Origin: Lingula anatina | Lineage: Eukaryota > Animalia > Brachiopoda | Direction of reading: 5' to 3' | Length of the DNA stretch: 64,000 nt | NCBI GenBank assembly: GCA_051362555.1 | Contig: CM120649.1 | Coordinates: 3,286,001 to 3,350,000 of the forward strand | Shown here: positions 25,477 through 39,115 of the stretch, one piece after another | Position numbering within the stretch: the stretch's first letter is position 1 | How the letters are laid out: each line of letters opens with the position of its first letter | Made by a program: the position numbers and the translations under genes | Notes under the pieces: generated by a model | What the model was told of the DNA's origin: nothing | What the model saw: only the letters and a program-made list of their open reading frames with translations | Database searches by the model: none

Positions 25477-25480
<4 letters not shown>
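22310..25480. promoter_or_regulatory. Locally amplified module carrying kB and ISRE-like motifs upstream of paralogue A coding start
   Basis: kB-like: 22404-22413, 24015-24024, 24792-24801, 25242-25253 (GGGGAATTCCCC). ISRE-like: GAAAACGAAAC 23761-23771, GAAAATGAAAC 24528-24538. The module (gctcgctctttacgc..tgtcacccgttgac..gggaattccc) occurs three times plus one partial copy. Confidence 0.45.
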
Positions 25481-25516
<36 letters not shown>

Positions 25517-25805
25517 AAACAAAATACTGGGTTCGTCAGTGCGATATAGTCTGTACTCAAATGTCTGTTTTAACACCTGTCATTTGTTTTAAAAACAATA
25601 GTCCTTCTCTAAGTGCATGAATCGGGTTAATATTGGTCATGGTGAACGTTTTTTCAGTTTTTTTCAATACTCAAAAGTCAAGTCTGCAGTCAAAGATGTA
25701 TGAATTTTTAGACAAAAACATTATTTGGATGCCAACAACAGGAGGTCGATTTAGGAAGATGAAGAATTGAGTGCTGATTAAAAAAAATGTGTGGATGTTG
25801 TAGTT

Positions 25806-27942
25806 CTGTCATTCTTTGCTAGTGGTTACAAAATGTTGAATTTGACCGAAAATTTCAAACTTTCTCCGGGAAGCTGTAATTTTGCGATGTGATAGCTACA
25901 CCATCACAGTTTATCATTTCATAAAAAGGGAAACAGCAGCTGCCCTTTTTAGGGCACACAGGAGAGTTGAACAGCTATACCCACCAAATCCAAGACGCGT
26001 TACCCTGGGTAATATATTTTGCACAAACTAATGAAAGTCTAATGGAATGTTTTCAGTTTTAGTTTAAATCATAAGGGGGTGTTGTCTCAATGCTTCAAAA
26101 CTGGTTTTGAAGAATTTAATCCACATTTCATAATTAATAAAAATGGTGAATATGTGGGTCACGGTAACGTTATTGACGCGGGTACAAAAACTTTTTGTAA
26201 TCATGTAAATAATAACAATATTTTTGCTATTATCCATACACACTTCATTCATGAGGGGCACACCACTTTCACATGCTTTTAAAATGGAATTGACAAACAC
26301 AGAGGAATAATGCACATATTTTATTTACTGTAACTCTGTCATATGGGACACACACTGAACAAAGTTGATCTAAAGAATGTTCCAGATTGTAGTTTTTTAT
26401 CAGAACTATTATTTTTTATTATTATTTTAACACAATAAAGTTCAGTTAAATACAAAATTTAACAAAATGAAGTTCAGTGTAACACAAAGTTCATAATTAT
26501 AACATTCTTCCTGACATATGAAGACCAATGGTGATATCTGTTCTGTGCATACTAAGGCATCCACCCTTGGGATTCTGAAAAAAAAATCACACAAAGAATC
26601 TGTTAACGCTGATAACGAACAATGGATAACCTAAGATCACAAATAGTTTATTGCTTATTCAAGCAAAGTACATGTACAGTGCATTATGAGTGGCAAACAC
26701 GCATTACTGAGACACATTTTCTTCACCCATTTTCGGTGCTTCATTGCGTAACGTAAGTGTTGCTAGTAATCCATTATTGCTGTTTTTACAGACGGTTAAA
26801 TTTTAAACGCACGGAATACAGTGTAGCAGCTTAATTTAAGACAAAACTAAAAAAAAGTAATTCAATTTCGATGATTGAGTTTTCGAGAACAAGAGAACAT
26901 GAATACGGTATCACCGCGTCACCATGTTCAATATGACCTTTAGTCCCCCATGTGAAACAGACGCAAAACGAAAGTTCAGACGAAGTCACCCTACTTATAG
27001 AATGGTAAAAATCAATCGGTACACAAATATGTTGAAACAATTGAAGAAAAATGAAACGAAACTCATTATTTCTCACCTTCATACAAAGAAGATCCCAATA
27101 AACAATCCTGTGACGGTTAAATCGAGGGAATTACACCTGTGCCCTGCATCCTATCTCGACAGCGTCATTGCGTGATATGTTATCAGAATGGGCCACCCGC
27201 CAGTTTGAGCTGTTTTTTTTTAGTGTGTAAAAGAAGCCATTCGTGTGTAGACGTCATCAGTTAGTGAGTATGGAAGAAGATCGCTATCGATGTATAATTT
27301 TCACGCGGCATTTTAAAGTCGTCTGATAAGAATCGATCTCTGAAGTTTCAGCGTTGCGAACGTAATATTGGGACGCGGTGAAGAAATATCGACCTTGCTG
27401 AGCAATAAATGTGAAATTCTTAAGAAAACTGATATTATCATGGATTTCGTGACACAAACTAACCGAAATACTACTTTGGACGATTGAACAGTTTTAATAC
27501 GGAAAGATAGGATTAGATGAAATTTTCATCGGGGTGGGACACCGCATGTATCGTAAGTTTAGCTAATTTTGTGATCATTTTTCAGTGACTTCAAATAAAT
27601 TTTTATTTAAATAACCATTTGCACATTCTGTTTATTATATCTTCTTGCAGTAGGTGTATTCCCTGCTTCAATAATTCATTCAAACCCTAAACAAACTGTT
27701 CCTAAATAGAGGTAGGGTCGAAATTCCACAAAAAAAGACGCCATTTTGAGGGTAATTTCGATATATTTTCTGCTTTTTCTCTTCTTTTGCTTTTATAACA
27801 ATATCCTCCTTGCTCATGCAGCTTCTTTGATTTGTTATTGAAACATTCACAACGATGTCATGAGAATTTGGTCGGCTATCTAAATTTAAATAACATTCTT
27901 GTTATGGTCCCCCCGCAGTGCACCACTAGCAAAGAATGACTG
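25806..27942. mobile_element. Non-autonomous DNA transposon (~2.1 kb, 21-bp TIR, 4-bp TSD AGTT)
   Basis: Left ctgtcattctttgctagtggt and right accactagcaaagaatgactg; agtt on both flanks. The empty site tagttgtaatt is present in copy B at ~6901. Confidence 0.9.
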
Positions 27943-30043
27943 AGTTGTAATTAATAATGGAGGAGCGAAACTACATGTCACTTATCAGATATTTATTTGT
28001 AAAAAATTCTCAAGGCAGTTCACGCATGGATATTGTCGTGAATATGCCGCCATATCTGCAACGCACCTTATTGAATATGTATCACACGCAGTCAATAAAC
28101 TATCTGACAATGCTAACAACAAATTTATACACAGCGTCGCCAAAGACGACTCTTTTACTAAGTGCTTTGGCAGCCTTCTCAAAGTCGAATATGGTGACGC
28201 TTTTCATTCCTTTCAGTGTCCTTTCTTCGATCACTCGTTTGATCACGAATAGAATGTCTCTCTTCCGCACCCCGACGCTGTTACGTCGGCCAAAGTACCC
28301 AGAGAATTCCACAGTGACTTTTCGATGGGGTGTCTTCACCAAGACTTTCTCGGCATGTTTGACCTTGCTGAGGGGAAGGGAGCTGAAAGCACAATAGTTA
28401 GATTTTTGGTTTGTCTGCTGATCACTTTAATAAGTTTTAGCGTATCGAATAAAGCGTTTTTAACTGACACAATTTCCAGTGCAGTATTTTGCCGTTTATT
28501 CGCTTGCTTGATTATTTCTTCTCTTTCTCGGTTTCAAAGCTTTTTTTAAATTTTTGTTTGCTTATGGCATCCCGAACCTTCCAAAGAAAATATACTTCTT
28601 TCAATCCCTTTATATCTTCACGAAAATGTCAAAAAATACATTTAATCAGTATGAACTGTTCGATTGACTTTTCAGATTAAAAAAAAGTAAAACAGTAAGA
28701 TGAGATGGCTTAAATACTTAAACAAAAAGAAAAGCCTAAATAAGATGAGCAGCATGTAGTTAATTAGATAGTAAAGTTTCATTAAAATCACGATACCTGG
28801 GGAGATGCAGTGCACGTTTGTTTTCATCAACATTAAGCTCCGCATCTGTAAGTTAAATTTCGTCCATGATTACCAGAACCAATAAATAAAAACGACATAT
28901 TCAAGTTTAATTTTAAAGTCAATTTTGCTGATTTTGCTCTGGTGTAATAGATAGTCTAATTGTACTTGGAAAAAATAATTAAGATGCACTTGATTCTTAT
29001 TTCACCTCACTAATTTTATTTCAGTAAAGAACAAACATTGAAAAATGATGCCAGCCACATCTCATTTACGTTAGGCACACCTGACCGCGTCTTGGTGTCG
29101 ATTTGCGGATCTGAGTACTGGCATATCAAACAATTTAATGGGAAGTTTATCATAAGTCTCTTCTAAGTAAAAATTACAGGTGTACACATTGATAATTATG
29201 AAATGTATGCCTATATGAGTCTGTATACATTTTGTGCTAAATCATTCAGGTAAAAATTGCACGTATCCTACCCTATGGGAATACTATTTATAAAAGACAT
29301 CAGAACATGCTCAGTACATTGTAATATGAAATTAAATGAATTAAAAGAAATAATCATATCAGGTAGTACGGTTACCTTGTGCCTCCTGGTGCCCCGCTGT
29401 TAGCCCACAGATTACCAGGAAAGTGAGAAATCTGTAATAAAAGCCGGAGAGGATTTATTTCTGTGTAGACCATATGTAGTACATGTAGTATATTGCAACT
29501 TCGAAAATTTCGGAAAGCAGATCAGTAAAATATTAGAGCTGAAATATTCGATTAAATACTTTATGATTTAACCATAAAGTAATACAAAGCACTCAACACA
29601 ACAGTCGCTATGTAGTTAAATAAACCAAGCAGTATTTACATTTTGTCTCTTTTTTAGATTTATACGACTGCCGTGAAATAACCTTATCCAATACAAAAAA
29701 TGCAGGATTTCGTTCTTTCTTTTTTCTTTTTTTTTTCTTGTTTTTCTTGTTTTGTATATCACAAACCTAAAAACTTTAACTCAAAACGTATTGTAATTAT
29801 GCCCACCTGAACATGTTAAAATATTACAGATGAAATATTCGATTAAATACTTAATGATTTAACCATTTATTAATATAAAGCACTTAAAACACAATAGTCG
29901 CTCTATAGTTAAAAAAACAGATGTATATGAATGCCGTGAAATAACCTTATCCAATACAAGAAATGCAAGATTTTGTTCTTTTTTTTTTTTGCATATCATA
30001 AACTTAAAAACTTAAACTCAAAACTTATTGTAATTATGCGCAC

Positions 30044-30184
30044 CTGAACAACTCCCTTGTTGACATGTTTTTCTTCCTTTAAAGACGACTTCTCTCACTG
30101 CATGTATGAGCAATATGTCTACTACGATAACAGGTATAGACTGGAAACTGGTTGAGGGGCTTATATACCCTCTTCCTCACGTGA
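30044..30184 (-). promoter_or_regulatory. Putative TATA promoter and non-coding first exon of paralogue A
   Basis: TCACGTGA and TATATAAG (30160-30167) on minus strand, followed by a cag|GTGCGC donor at 30043; same layout as 8766-8906. Confidence 0.4.
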
Positions 30185-31407
30185 TCTTGGGTCGTTTCAC
30201 GAAATAAATTTGGTTAAAAAGTTTGTTTTAACTTTAATACACAAATTTGGAACTCTCCCTTTAAGAAACATCAATCATAATCGGCTTGGAGAAAGTAAGT
30301 TTATTTGTAGATCTATAGGTCTGAAACGATGACCGTGTATTTTTTATGCTTTATTTCATGAACTACTATCGACTTCTAGAACTATCGGTCTGAAAGTGGA
30401 GGTTAAGGAGGCTTCTTTTTTCTTATGAATCGGACCCCTGTCACCTACACACTGTCAGCATATCTAATGACATGTGAGTTTCTTCTAATCACAATTCTAG
30501 GAAAATACTGCGTAGGGCCTATATACGGTGACTTTCTCAATTCTCAATCTAATATATGCTACATGTATACAGTATATACTATATAAACATGTACTGCAAA
30601 TAGTCTTTCCTCTAAATTGGAAAAAATATTATTATACAATTATTATATTATTATTTATAGATTATATATAAGCAGTCAATATCGTATTCAGCGCTGCGTA
30701 TTTAATATTTAAAGAATGCAAACAGCGTATCTCGTATAATTACTTTTCCTGCCTCGACCCACAATTAAATTTAAAGGCAAGAGTGTCCCAGGTGAGACTT
30801 TTTTTTTTTTTTTTTTTTTTTTACAGGTAGTAGTTTATAAACAGACAAAAAGCAACGAGATTTATTCGTGTTTGTAAGTAATTTGACCTTTATGTTTACA
30901 CGAAATTCAATCTATCAAGGCAGTCAGAGGGAAGATTTGCATATAGTATTTTGATAGTGTAAGGTGGACTGTCTCCGACGTCAAATATTTCACCTACATT
31001 AAAATGCCATATATATATCGGCATTTATACTGGACAGCGTGTATTCATATGATATTTTAAAATAAAAGGTTCAAGAAAGACCCTATCTAGCTTGCGAATA
31101 TTTAAAAGGCGTAAGGTTGTCTCTAATTTTTTAGCTTTATTTTATATTTCCAAGAAATTTAACTGAAGTTGTCGACTACAGAGTTGAGTCGTCTTGTAGT
31201 CTCAATAAGCCGATATAGACACCATTAAAGAAACAAGTGACGAGAGAAAACGAGATCCCGTACAACTGTCGTCTGCTGATGTGTCATGTATGCTGAATTA
31301 CGCCTACAAATGTCGTCTACGCGATGAGAGCGTATTTTACATTCATAACACGCTTTGTGGTGACGCAGTTTTCAGAGGTCAAAGCTAGTGTACCGGGCAG
31401 GCTTTAA

Positions 31408-31793
31408 GGGATAATAACTCTTTGCTTAATCCAAAAAAAAAAATAAAATAAATTTTGCTGGAATAAACAACAATTTTCCCATACTTACCAATGGTTAATG
31501 AATCCATTTTTACATTCAAAGGTCCCTGTTTTTTTTTTTTTTTTTTCTAAAAAGTTTTGTTTTTTGTTAAAATATCTTAAGAGATTATAACAGAGTACAG
31601 CCAAATATCTTAAGAAATTATAACAGAGTACAGCCATCAATGGAAGTCACGTGATCTGAAGACAAGCTTAGATATCAGAATAATAGCTATAACTGCTGTT
31701 TTTGTGGTAAAACAGAATATATCATATTTCTATGAGTTGTTCACAATGCTTTTATTGTGAAATAAAGATATCATACGAAGAGTTATTATCCCT
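31408..31793. mobile_element. Non-autonomous DNA transposon with TTAA flanks (Kolobok-like)
   Basis: ttaa|gggataataactctt ... aagagttattatccct|ttaa inverted termini. Confidence 0.7.
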
Positions 31794-32700
31794 TTAAGTA
31801 GTGGTTTGAGTTAACAGTTTCTTTAAGCCGCAAACGAGCACTTGTCCACACTGTCCGTGACTGGGGAAACTGCCTCCACGACCACTAGCTTATTTTTAAT
31901 TTTTAGTTTTAAATAAACCTCATATTGCCTGCTTCCTCTACCGTATATGCCCAATATGATGCCAGTCGCAGTTACATGCAGTAGCACAATGCGTGAAAGC
32001 AAGTGGAATCAGCAAAAACACTGCCTAGAATACCCGCGAAATGAAGAGAAATACATTGAAATAGTGAGAGCTTGCAACAAAATGGCTTGCATTGTGAGTC
32101 CGCATAAGCCACAAAAGCAATAATAAGCGGGTGGAGAGAAAACTCTGAAAATGGGACTTATTCAAATTTACTTATTTATTTATTGACAAATTTTTTTATT
32201 TTTTAGTTATTCATCTATATAATTATTTACGTTGTATTTATTAACAATTTTATAATTGTTTAATATTTTGTTCATAATTCATTTGTTTATTTATTTAGTT
32301 TATTATTTATTAATTTTATAGTCATTATTTTTTTCAATTTTCGCTGTACGTCATGCATTGTGCATGGGCACTATACATATACATTTAACATATTCGAGTG
32401 ATGTTTAAAAGTGAGTATTCTATCATCTCATTTACTTTTTTTTTTATTTCTTCGGTTATCCTCCAGACTCGGTACAAGTAATAGCAAAGGTCAAGATCGA
32501 ATGGGGAAGACATTGGTGGCTAATTTTTAATCTTTTACGTTTGTGCGGTTTTGGGTTTAATCATTATGTTTCGCCTGCGAGGTTGCTGTTTTTTATGCTG
32601 GCTATTTTTGGCAAAAAAAGAACTAATTAACTCAATCGTCCTACAGCCATTAGCGGGCTTTTGACGTGTCTTTAAGGCAATAACGTATACGGGACAGAAC

Positions 32701-32894
32701 CGGTTTTAGATAGGGTTATACTGACAGTGATTATTTCTTTTCCTCGAGTTTTTGAGATCAGATTTCTTGAAAACATACAAGTAGGAACTAGGGGCTAGCG
32801 GTTTTAGATAGGGTTATACTGACAGTGATTATTTCTTTTCCTCGAGTTTTTGAGATCAGATTTCTTGAAAACATACAAGTAGGAACTAGGGGCT
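32701..32894. repeat. Perfect ~98-bp tandem duplication
   Basis: cggttttagatagggttatac...gtaggaactaggggct occurs twice, starting at 32701 and 32799. Confidence 0.9.
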
Positions 32895-33548
32895 GTGGAA
32901 CTAGGGGCTAGGTACATGTGGATTTGGCAAAAGGAGCAGATTGTGTTATAAATTATACTTTACAATAAAAGAAAGAAGGAAAAGTAACAACATTTTCCAG
33001 CAAAACAATTTGAACATGCGTATCGGCATACAGGTATGTTTGCGCCTTGTCTTTTCCTCGAAACGTGCGTCTCTCTCTCTCTCTCTCTCTCTTTAGAACT
33101 GTTTAGTACTAAGAAATTAAATGTCTGTATTTAATTTTTAAATTTTAAATTATTAAGATAATCGAATACGACCTCATATCACACAATTTATGTCAATATC
33201 AGTTGTTATCCGGTGCGCGGAAGGATCGGTGAACATTTCCCCAGTGTAAACCTTCCTTCAATATAATATCAACAAGGTCAACAAGGTCAATGCCGCCAGC
33301 ACGATAATACACATATAATGTTTGAGGCCTGTCCCAGTAAATATGCAAGCTGCCACGAGGTCGTATTCTAACCGAGTACTTTGCATTTAAAAGACCGCTC
33401 TGCTTGCATGAATATCCGTGATACTACAGCAGACTACTACGTTTGTCATTCAGGCAAACTTTAGATTTCGTTGCTGTATAAAGGGAACGACTGAGTTACC
33501 CACTGAACAAACTCGTGCCAGCACGCGCACACACGCATACCGGTATAT

Positions 33549-33630
33549 AATAATGATAATAATAATAATAATAATAATAATAATTTATTTGCTAAAATCG
33601 CAACCTAAAGGTTGAAGTTTTAGTTTATCG

Positions 33631-33683
<53 letters not shown>

Positions 33684-33740
33684 TTATTTGCTAGAATCGC
33701 AACCTAAAGGTTGAAGTTTTAGTTTATCGTGAATAAATAA
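33549..33740. repeat. (AAT)n microsatellite plus 50-bp unit, duplicated
   Basis: Two (aat)n tracts, each followed by ttatttgcta(a/g)aatcgcaacctaaaggttgaagttttagtttatcgtgaataa. Confidence 0.85.
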
Positions 33741-35453
33741 ATAAATATATATTTATTTGTCCTGTTGATACTGATCACGACATTCATGTTAAAATTTAAA
33801 AAAAAATAGGCAGTTAAACAATGTGTTTACATCCATATGAAACGTCAAGGTAAATATTCTAATGAAATATATAAGATATAAAACTTTATATATTTTACTT
33901 TATAAAACTTTATAAAACTTTATATATTTTAACTCATTCAAGAAGGAGCTTAAAATATGCGGATGTCGAATTAATCTAATTAGTAAACTTGCGGATTTAA
34001 AGGTTCCTGACCCCCCCCCCTTCGGTTTCTGAAAAATATATCACACCAATATTCCTCTCTTGAAATTAGAATTTTGAGTAGCTGAATCATAGTTCTAAAC
34101 CGTACCAAAGGGCACCGTTCCCCCCCCCCCCCCCCAGAGCACCGAAAAAAAAATTAGGGGCCCTGGAGTAGGTCCCGAACCCCACGCCAAGGAGCGATGA
34201 TCGGTTTCGTATCGGAGGCCTGTCGTTCCCCCCCCCCCCCCCCCCCCCATTCAAACAAACCTGGGTCCGCCCCTGAGTAAAGCGTGTGAAAAACATACTT
34301 ATAATTAACAGCGCCACAGAAAATCAATAAGCAGTTTAAAAAGAGACGTTTACATGGATAAAATATAAATGAAATTAACAGAAAACAAAATTTTTCTGGT
34401 GGTGCAAATCCGGCTTTTCTTTCTCTACAGACAAAACTAAAGCGATGTTCGCATTCATGTACCTTTAGTTGTGTTTCATTTATATTAGTACGGGCGTGCA
34501 TGTATATATGTAAATAATGTCAAATCGTTCCACATTTTGTCTTTCTCCAAGTCAGGCAACTTTGACCGATCCAGGCTCGTATAAATATCACTCTATTGAT
34601 CCAAGTGTAAATGAGACTTTTTTAAAAATAAAATAATACACAGATTATTTGATCTCCACATGGGGGCTTGCTCACCTGGGCTACCTGTGGCTCACCCTGG
34701 CGGTCACCTTCGAAAGCATTTACCTGAGGAACACGGATAACCGCAGAGAGCAAATAAGAAGCCGGTTTTTTTATAAGTGTTAGTGATGAGTAATAGACAT
34801 AACTTTTTTGTGCGCACACCGGTATAGCAGCCGAAGAGAAACTAGGGCATCGTTAAGTTGGCTGCTTTAAAACAAGGTACACACAAATATAGTGGCGGTC
34901 TCATTGCATGCCAGCGCTTGTTCTTAGATCTCGGAATTTACAACTCACAAAGGCTGTAGAGGGAACATTTATATATAGAGAGCGAGGGGTACCTGTACAT
35001 TAAGGTCAGTACCTTTCATGTTGTTTATAACCAGATAGTTCTTTCGCTTGACCGAATCAAAATGGCGTGGTATAGTGGGAAGCTATCTCACTGTATTAAC
35101 ATGTGGGTTTGTATGAATCCGGGTCTGTGTTGAAATTGGATTATATACATTTACACATTGCCCTGGTAGAGCTATAGTTATTCAGATATGGTTAATATGA
35201 CATACATGTACGTGTATTATTTTCCAAATAGTCAGCTGATCTGATTTCATGTGTCACAAAGTTAAGGGTTATAGTGTAGGAAGTCGCTGCAGGGAAGGCG
35301 TATAAATAGTGCATGCGACGTGTAATATTTCAATCTGCTGTTGTATTAAAATCCTGAAGCTACAGTATTTTGGTGCCTAGTTGTGCATGTGTGTGTGCGC
35401 ACCTGTGTGTACCTGAGTACTCATGCAGTGTGTGTGCAAGCGCACGTAGTGAC

Positions 35454-35455
<2 letters not shown>

Positions 35456-35504
<49 letters not shown>

Positions 35505-35675
35505 CGAGAGAGAGAGAGAATGAGAGAGAGAGAGAGAGAGAGACCAACGTGTATTTGTTTGTTTGTTTGTTTGTTTGTTTGAGTGTACGTGCGCTAGTTT
35601 TAAGTGGGTATCTTGGGTGGGGCATTATAACTGATCGGCACGCGCGCCGAGAGAGAGAGAGAGAGAGAGAGAGGA

Positions 35676-35720
<45 letters not shown>

Positions 35721-35778
35721 GACGGAGAGAGAGAGAGAGGGAAGAGAGAGAATATGGACGGAGAGAGAGAGAGAGAGA
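35456..35778. repeat. Compound microsatellite (GT)n/(GA)n/(TTTG)n
   Basis: Direct reading of the sequence. Confidence 0.95.
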
Positions 35779-36224
35779 ATAGTGCGAGAAGTGACCACAG
35801 TAGACAACAGAAGGGGTGGATGCAGAAAACCGGACAGGTCATCACGGCATACATTCATCTTTCCTCTCGACGCTGGACAGTTAAACCAATTTGAGAACCC
35901 AGGTCTTTGTGTTGAATGATGAAAAATCTCGGCAATCACGAATCAGCGCGTAATAACGAACCACCCGTCGCCCACCGAAAATGATATTCCCAGAGATGGC
36001 CTTAAGATTACAGTATTTTACAGTCATTTTAAACCAAGACATGAAAAGAATTTAAGACAAAATCGGTATTATTTATTATCTTTTGTATTAGTAGTAACAA
36101 AGTTAAGAGTAATAAAACAACCGCATTACAGAGCATAGGAATGGGTATATTGCTCAAGTATTATGTACTAGTAAGGTAGCTAGAGTTTCTTACCGTCAGT
36201 GCTTTGAAACTTAGTGTGACAAAA

Positions 36225-36400
36225 ATGCGTGCTGGAAGGGGGGGTTAACACCAGTACTCTGAAGCTCAAGGTGATAGAGAACGCACGCTGGTAAGGGGGA
36301 GGGGGGGGGGGGGTTAATGCCAGCACTCTGAAATTCAAAGTGATAGAGAACGCACGCTGGTAAGAGGGGGGGATTTAAGTCAGTACTCTGAAACTCAGGG
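36225..36400. repeat. Three degenerate ~60-bp tandem units with G-runs
   Basis: gctgg(t)aagggg...ca(g)tactctgaa..tcaa..tgatagagaacgcac repeated. Confidence 0.8.
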
Positions 36401-37066
36401 TTGAGACAAAAGTCAGCAAGTAAACTCCCTTTGCCAACGCACCTGACAAATATTACACGCTTGGAAGTACGTGGAAATATGCACATATTTTACTCGCAGC
36501 CGTGGCGCAAGGGTAGAAAATCCTACCACACCATAGCAACAGTAATTCATTCTCAGGGTGAGTGTGGGAGCAAGGGAAGTTTTACCTAGAAACCCTGCAC
36601 CTGTCGATATACAACATCATTTTCTACTCCGCAGCAGGACCCGGGGCAAATTTGTTGCTGCTAATTAACTTGGGCAAACCAAGTTAATGTGCGTATGTGT
36701 ATATGGACAGCTACATTAACTACATGTAGATCGGTAAGCCTGCTCCGTATGCGTTTGTTACTTATGTGTGAGTGAAATTCTTCGTGGCTTTTTTGACCTG
36801 CAAACTCAGCGGTTGATATTTCCTTTGCTATTTTTTTACTGTATGAAACTTTTGGGAAACACAATGAAGACGGTTTGTAAACAATGTTTATATGCATGTA
36901 GATAAGTTATAAAAAGAAGGAGTGACTGCACTTTCGTTCCAGCATTTATCTGGAAAGATGTATTACTGTTTTAAGTGGATGGGTAGGGGAAACGAAGGTT
37001 GTGTCTGTTGCCTGGTGATATTATTTTGGGATAATTGTTCACGGGATGGGTGCAAGTTATGTTTTC

Positions 37067-37068
<2 letters not shown>

Positions 37069-37110
<42 letters not shown>

Positions 37111-37119
37111 TGTGTGTGT

Positions 37120-37163
<44 letters not shown>

Positions 37164-37250
37164 GCGTGTGTGTGTGTATGTATTTGAGAGAGAGAGAGAG
37201 GGAGGTGCGTGTGTGTGGGTTTGTTTGAGGGAGAGAGAGAGAGAGAGGAA

Positions 37251-37290
<40 letters not shown>

Positions 37291-37310
37291 GTCAGAGAGA
37301 GAGAGAGAGT
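37069..37310. repeat. Compound microsatellite (GT)n/(GA)n
   Basis: Direct reading of the sequence. Confidence 0.95.
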
Positions 37311-38753
37311 CGGTCGTCTGTTGGTGACTACAATTATATATTTCTTTTACTGAAAATTCAGTGGACTGCATCGACTGCTTTTAATTCTACTCCGTGTTGT
37401 CTTGCATCTTGACAAATTTCAAAATCCTCCAATAAGATAAGTTCTAGAGTTTCCTATAAACAAAATTGGGAAAAAGATCCGGTTGGGTTGAATAGCTCCA
37501 ATGTAAGTCTCTAAAATATGCAACACACTTGTTGCTCAATTACTAGTAGTTAATGTGTCTGTGCAACCAGCAACTGTATAACTCATAAAAAAGAGAAATT
37601 TACGCCAGAAATGCATGGGGCACGCGCCAAAGATAGCAACCGCAGAAACAAACGACCCGGCCCGAATGTTTCACACACCTGCAGAAACGTGCTAGTATGT
37701 AAGAGTCTCTCTGACAATATACCAGTATTCTTTTGCTACGTATAATGAAAATAATATCAAAATATTTATGAGACACTATATCTTCATGACAAACGGAGAC
37801 ACAGTGGCCTCTACCGGTATAACACAGTACTAAGAGCACTAGCTGGTCTTGACAATCACTGTTCGTGAGTTCGATAGCGGCTTAGAACTACCCTCTACCA
37901 GGGTGGAAGATTATATAGGAAAAAAACGGAAAAATCCAGACCAAAATGACTGTCTGTTTATGTGGAGACATATCTGTGAATATCTGTGAAAAATCAAGTT
38001 GTCGCCCTGGTCTTGAGCGTATAATTTTTAATTCTCTGGAGTGATTGCATGTCCTCCTGCAGTACTATCTTTTCAATGTTTATCACTACCTCTGCTAAAG
38101 AGGTTATCTCGTTGTTTCCGTTGGCACGTTAGATAACCGTCTTACGTAACGTATTTCCCTCTCTCAATAATGCAAAAAGGAAAAAAACTTCAAGGGAATA
38201 ATGGATACTTTCTGCACCTATTCTCTGCAAACGCTTTCCTATACGTACCGGTACATGTTTGACCTTCATTTCCAAAAGGAAACAAGAATAGCCTTTTTCT
38301 GTCCAGGTGGCGTTTTTTTTAATACAAACAGTAGTTTCACGTGACAACATACACGAATCTACAGCAGGTGTGGAACATTATAGCTGTCACCAAAAAACTG
38401 TGCAAGAATGTCGATGACGTCATCGTTTACACAAAAGTAACCGGCGACGTTCTTTCTTTATTGCCCCCGCAAACGGAGGAACGGGGTTTCGGTTTTCATT
38501 GGCGTTGATTTGTTAAAAATATATTATCACTTTAAAAAAGTCCTTGATAAATTGTTAACTTGGATTATTCTGGGATCGGGGATTGGAGGGTTGGGGGGGG
38601 GGGATTGATTATTATTTCAACTGAAGCTGTGTCATCTTATATTCTTTAGAAAGGAGGTATGCGAGCTAGACGTGCTATTCGGCTGTCACTGCCACTAAGG
38701 CTGCACAGTAAGAATGAATAGATGTGTATTAAGGCATGAAAGTTTTATCTCTA

Positions 38754-38805
<52 letters not shown>

Positions 38806-38911
38806 TTTTTAATTAAAAATACATATTTAAACTGTATCGAGATAAAGAGTTAAATGCATTTATTTCTGTGACTAGTACCGAATCTTTATAAATAAAATAC
38901 ATTATACATAA

Positions 38912-39047
38912 CAGGCCCGTAGCCAGCAATTTCAAAAGGGGGGTTCGTTTTCTGAAAAAGTGGACCTTTTCCCATGAAAACTTTATGTACCTAGATCAAA
39001 TTTTACCCAGAGTGGTCCTTTTCCCAGCAAAAGGGGTGGTTCTTTCG

Positions 39048-39104
<57 letters not shown>

Positions 39105-39115
39105 CTACAGGCCTG
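38912..39115. mobile_element. MITE, CAGGCCCGTAGCC family, with expanded poly-C
   Basis: caggcccgtagcc ... ggctacaggcctg; internal sequence homologous to 11427-11591 and 60578-60746. Confidence 0.85.

Larger units (their letters stand above)
15109..31264. repeat. Segmental tandem duplication, copy A (part alignable to copy B within the window)
   Basis: Colinear with 1-9893, plus extra ANK units, extra upstream modules and a 2.1-kb insertion. Confidence 0.9.

Noticed and set aside
34660-34780. Minus-strand TATAAAA followed by several donor-like sites
   Set aside because: Could be a non-coding first exon, but no downstream exon can be tied to it.
35370-37412. ORFs rich in CV/RE/HT/LS repeats (also 45620-46196 and the IY runs)
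   Set aside because: Translations of dinucleotide microsatellites.
39050-39102. Very long poly-C run
   Set aside because: Expansion of a MITE's internal C-run; homopolymer length is unreliable in assemblies.
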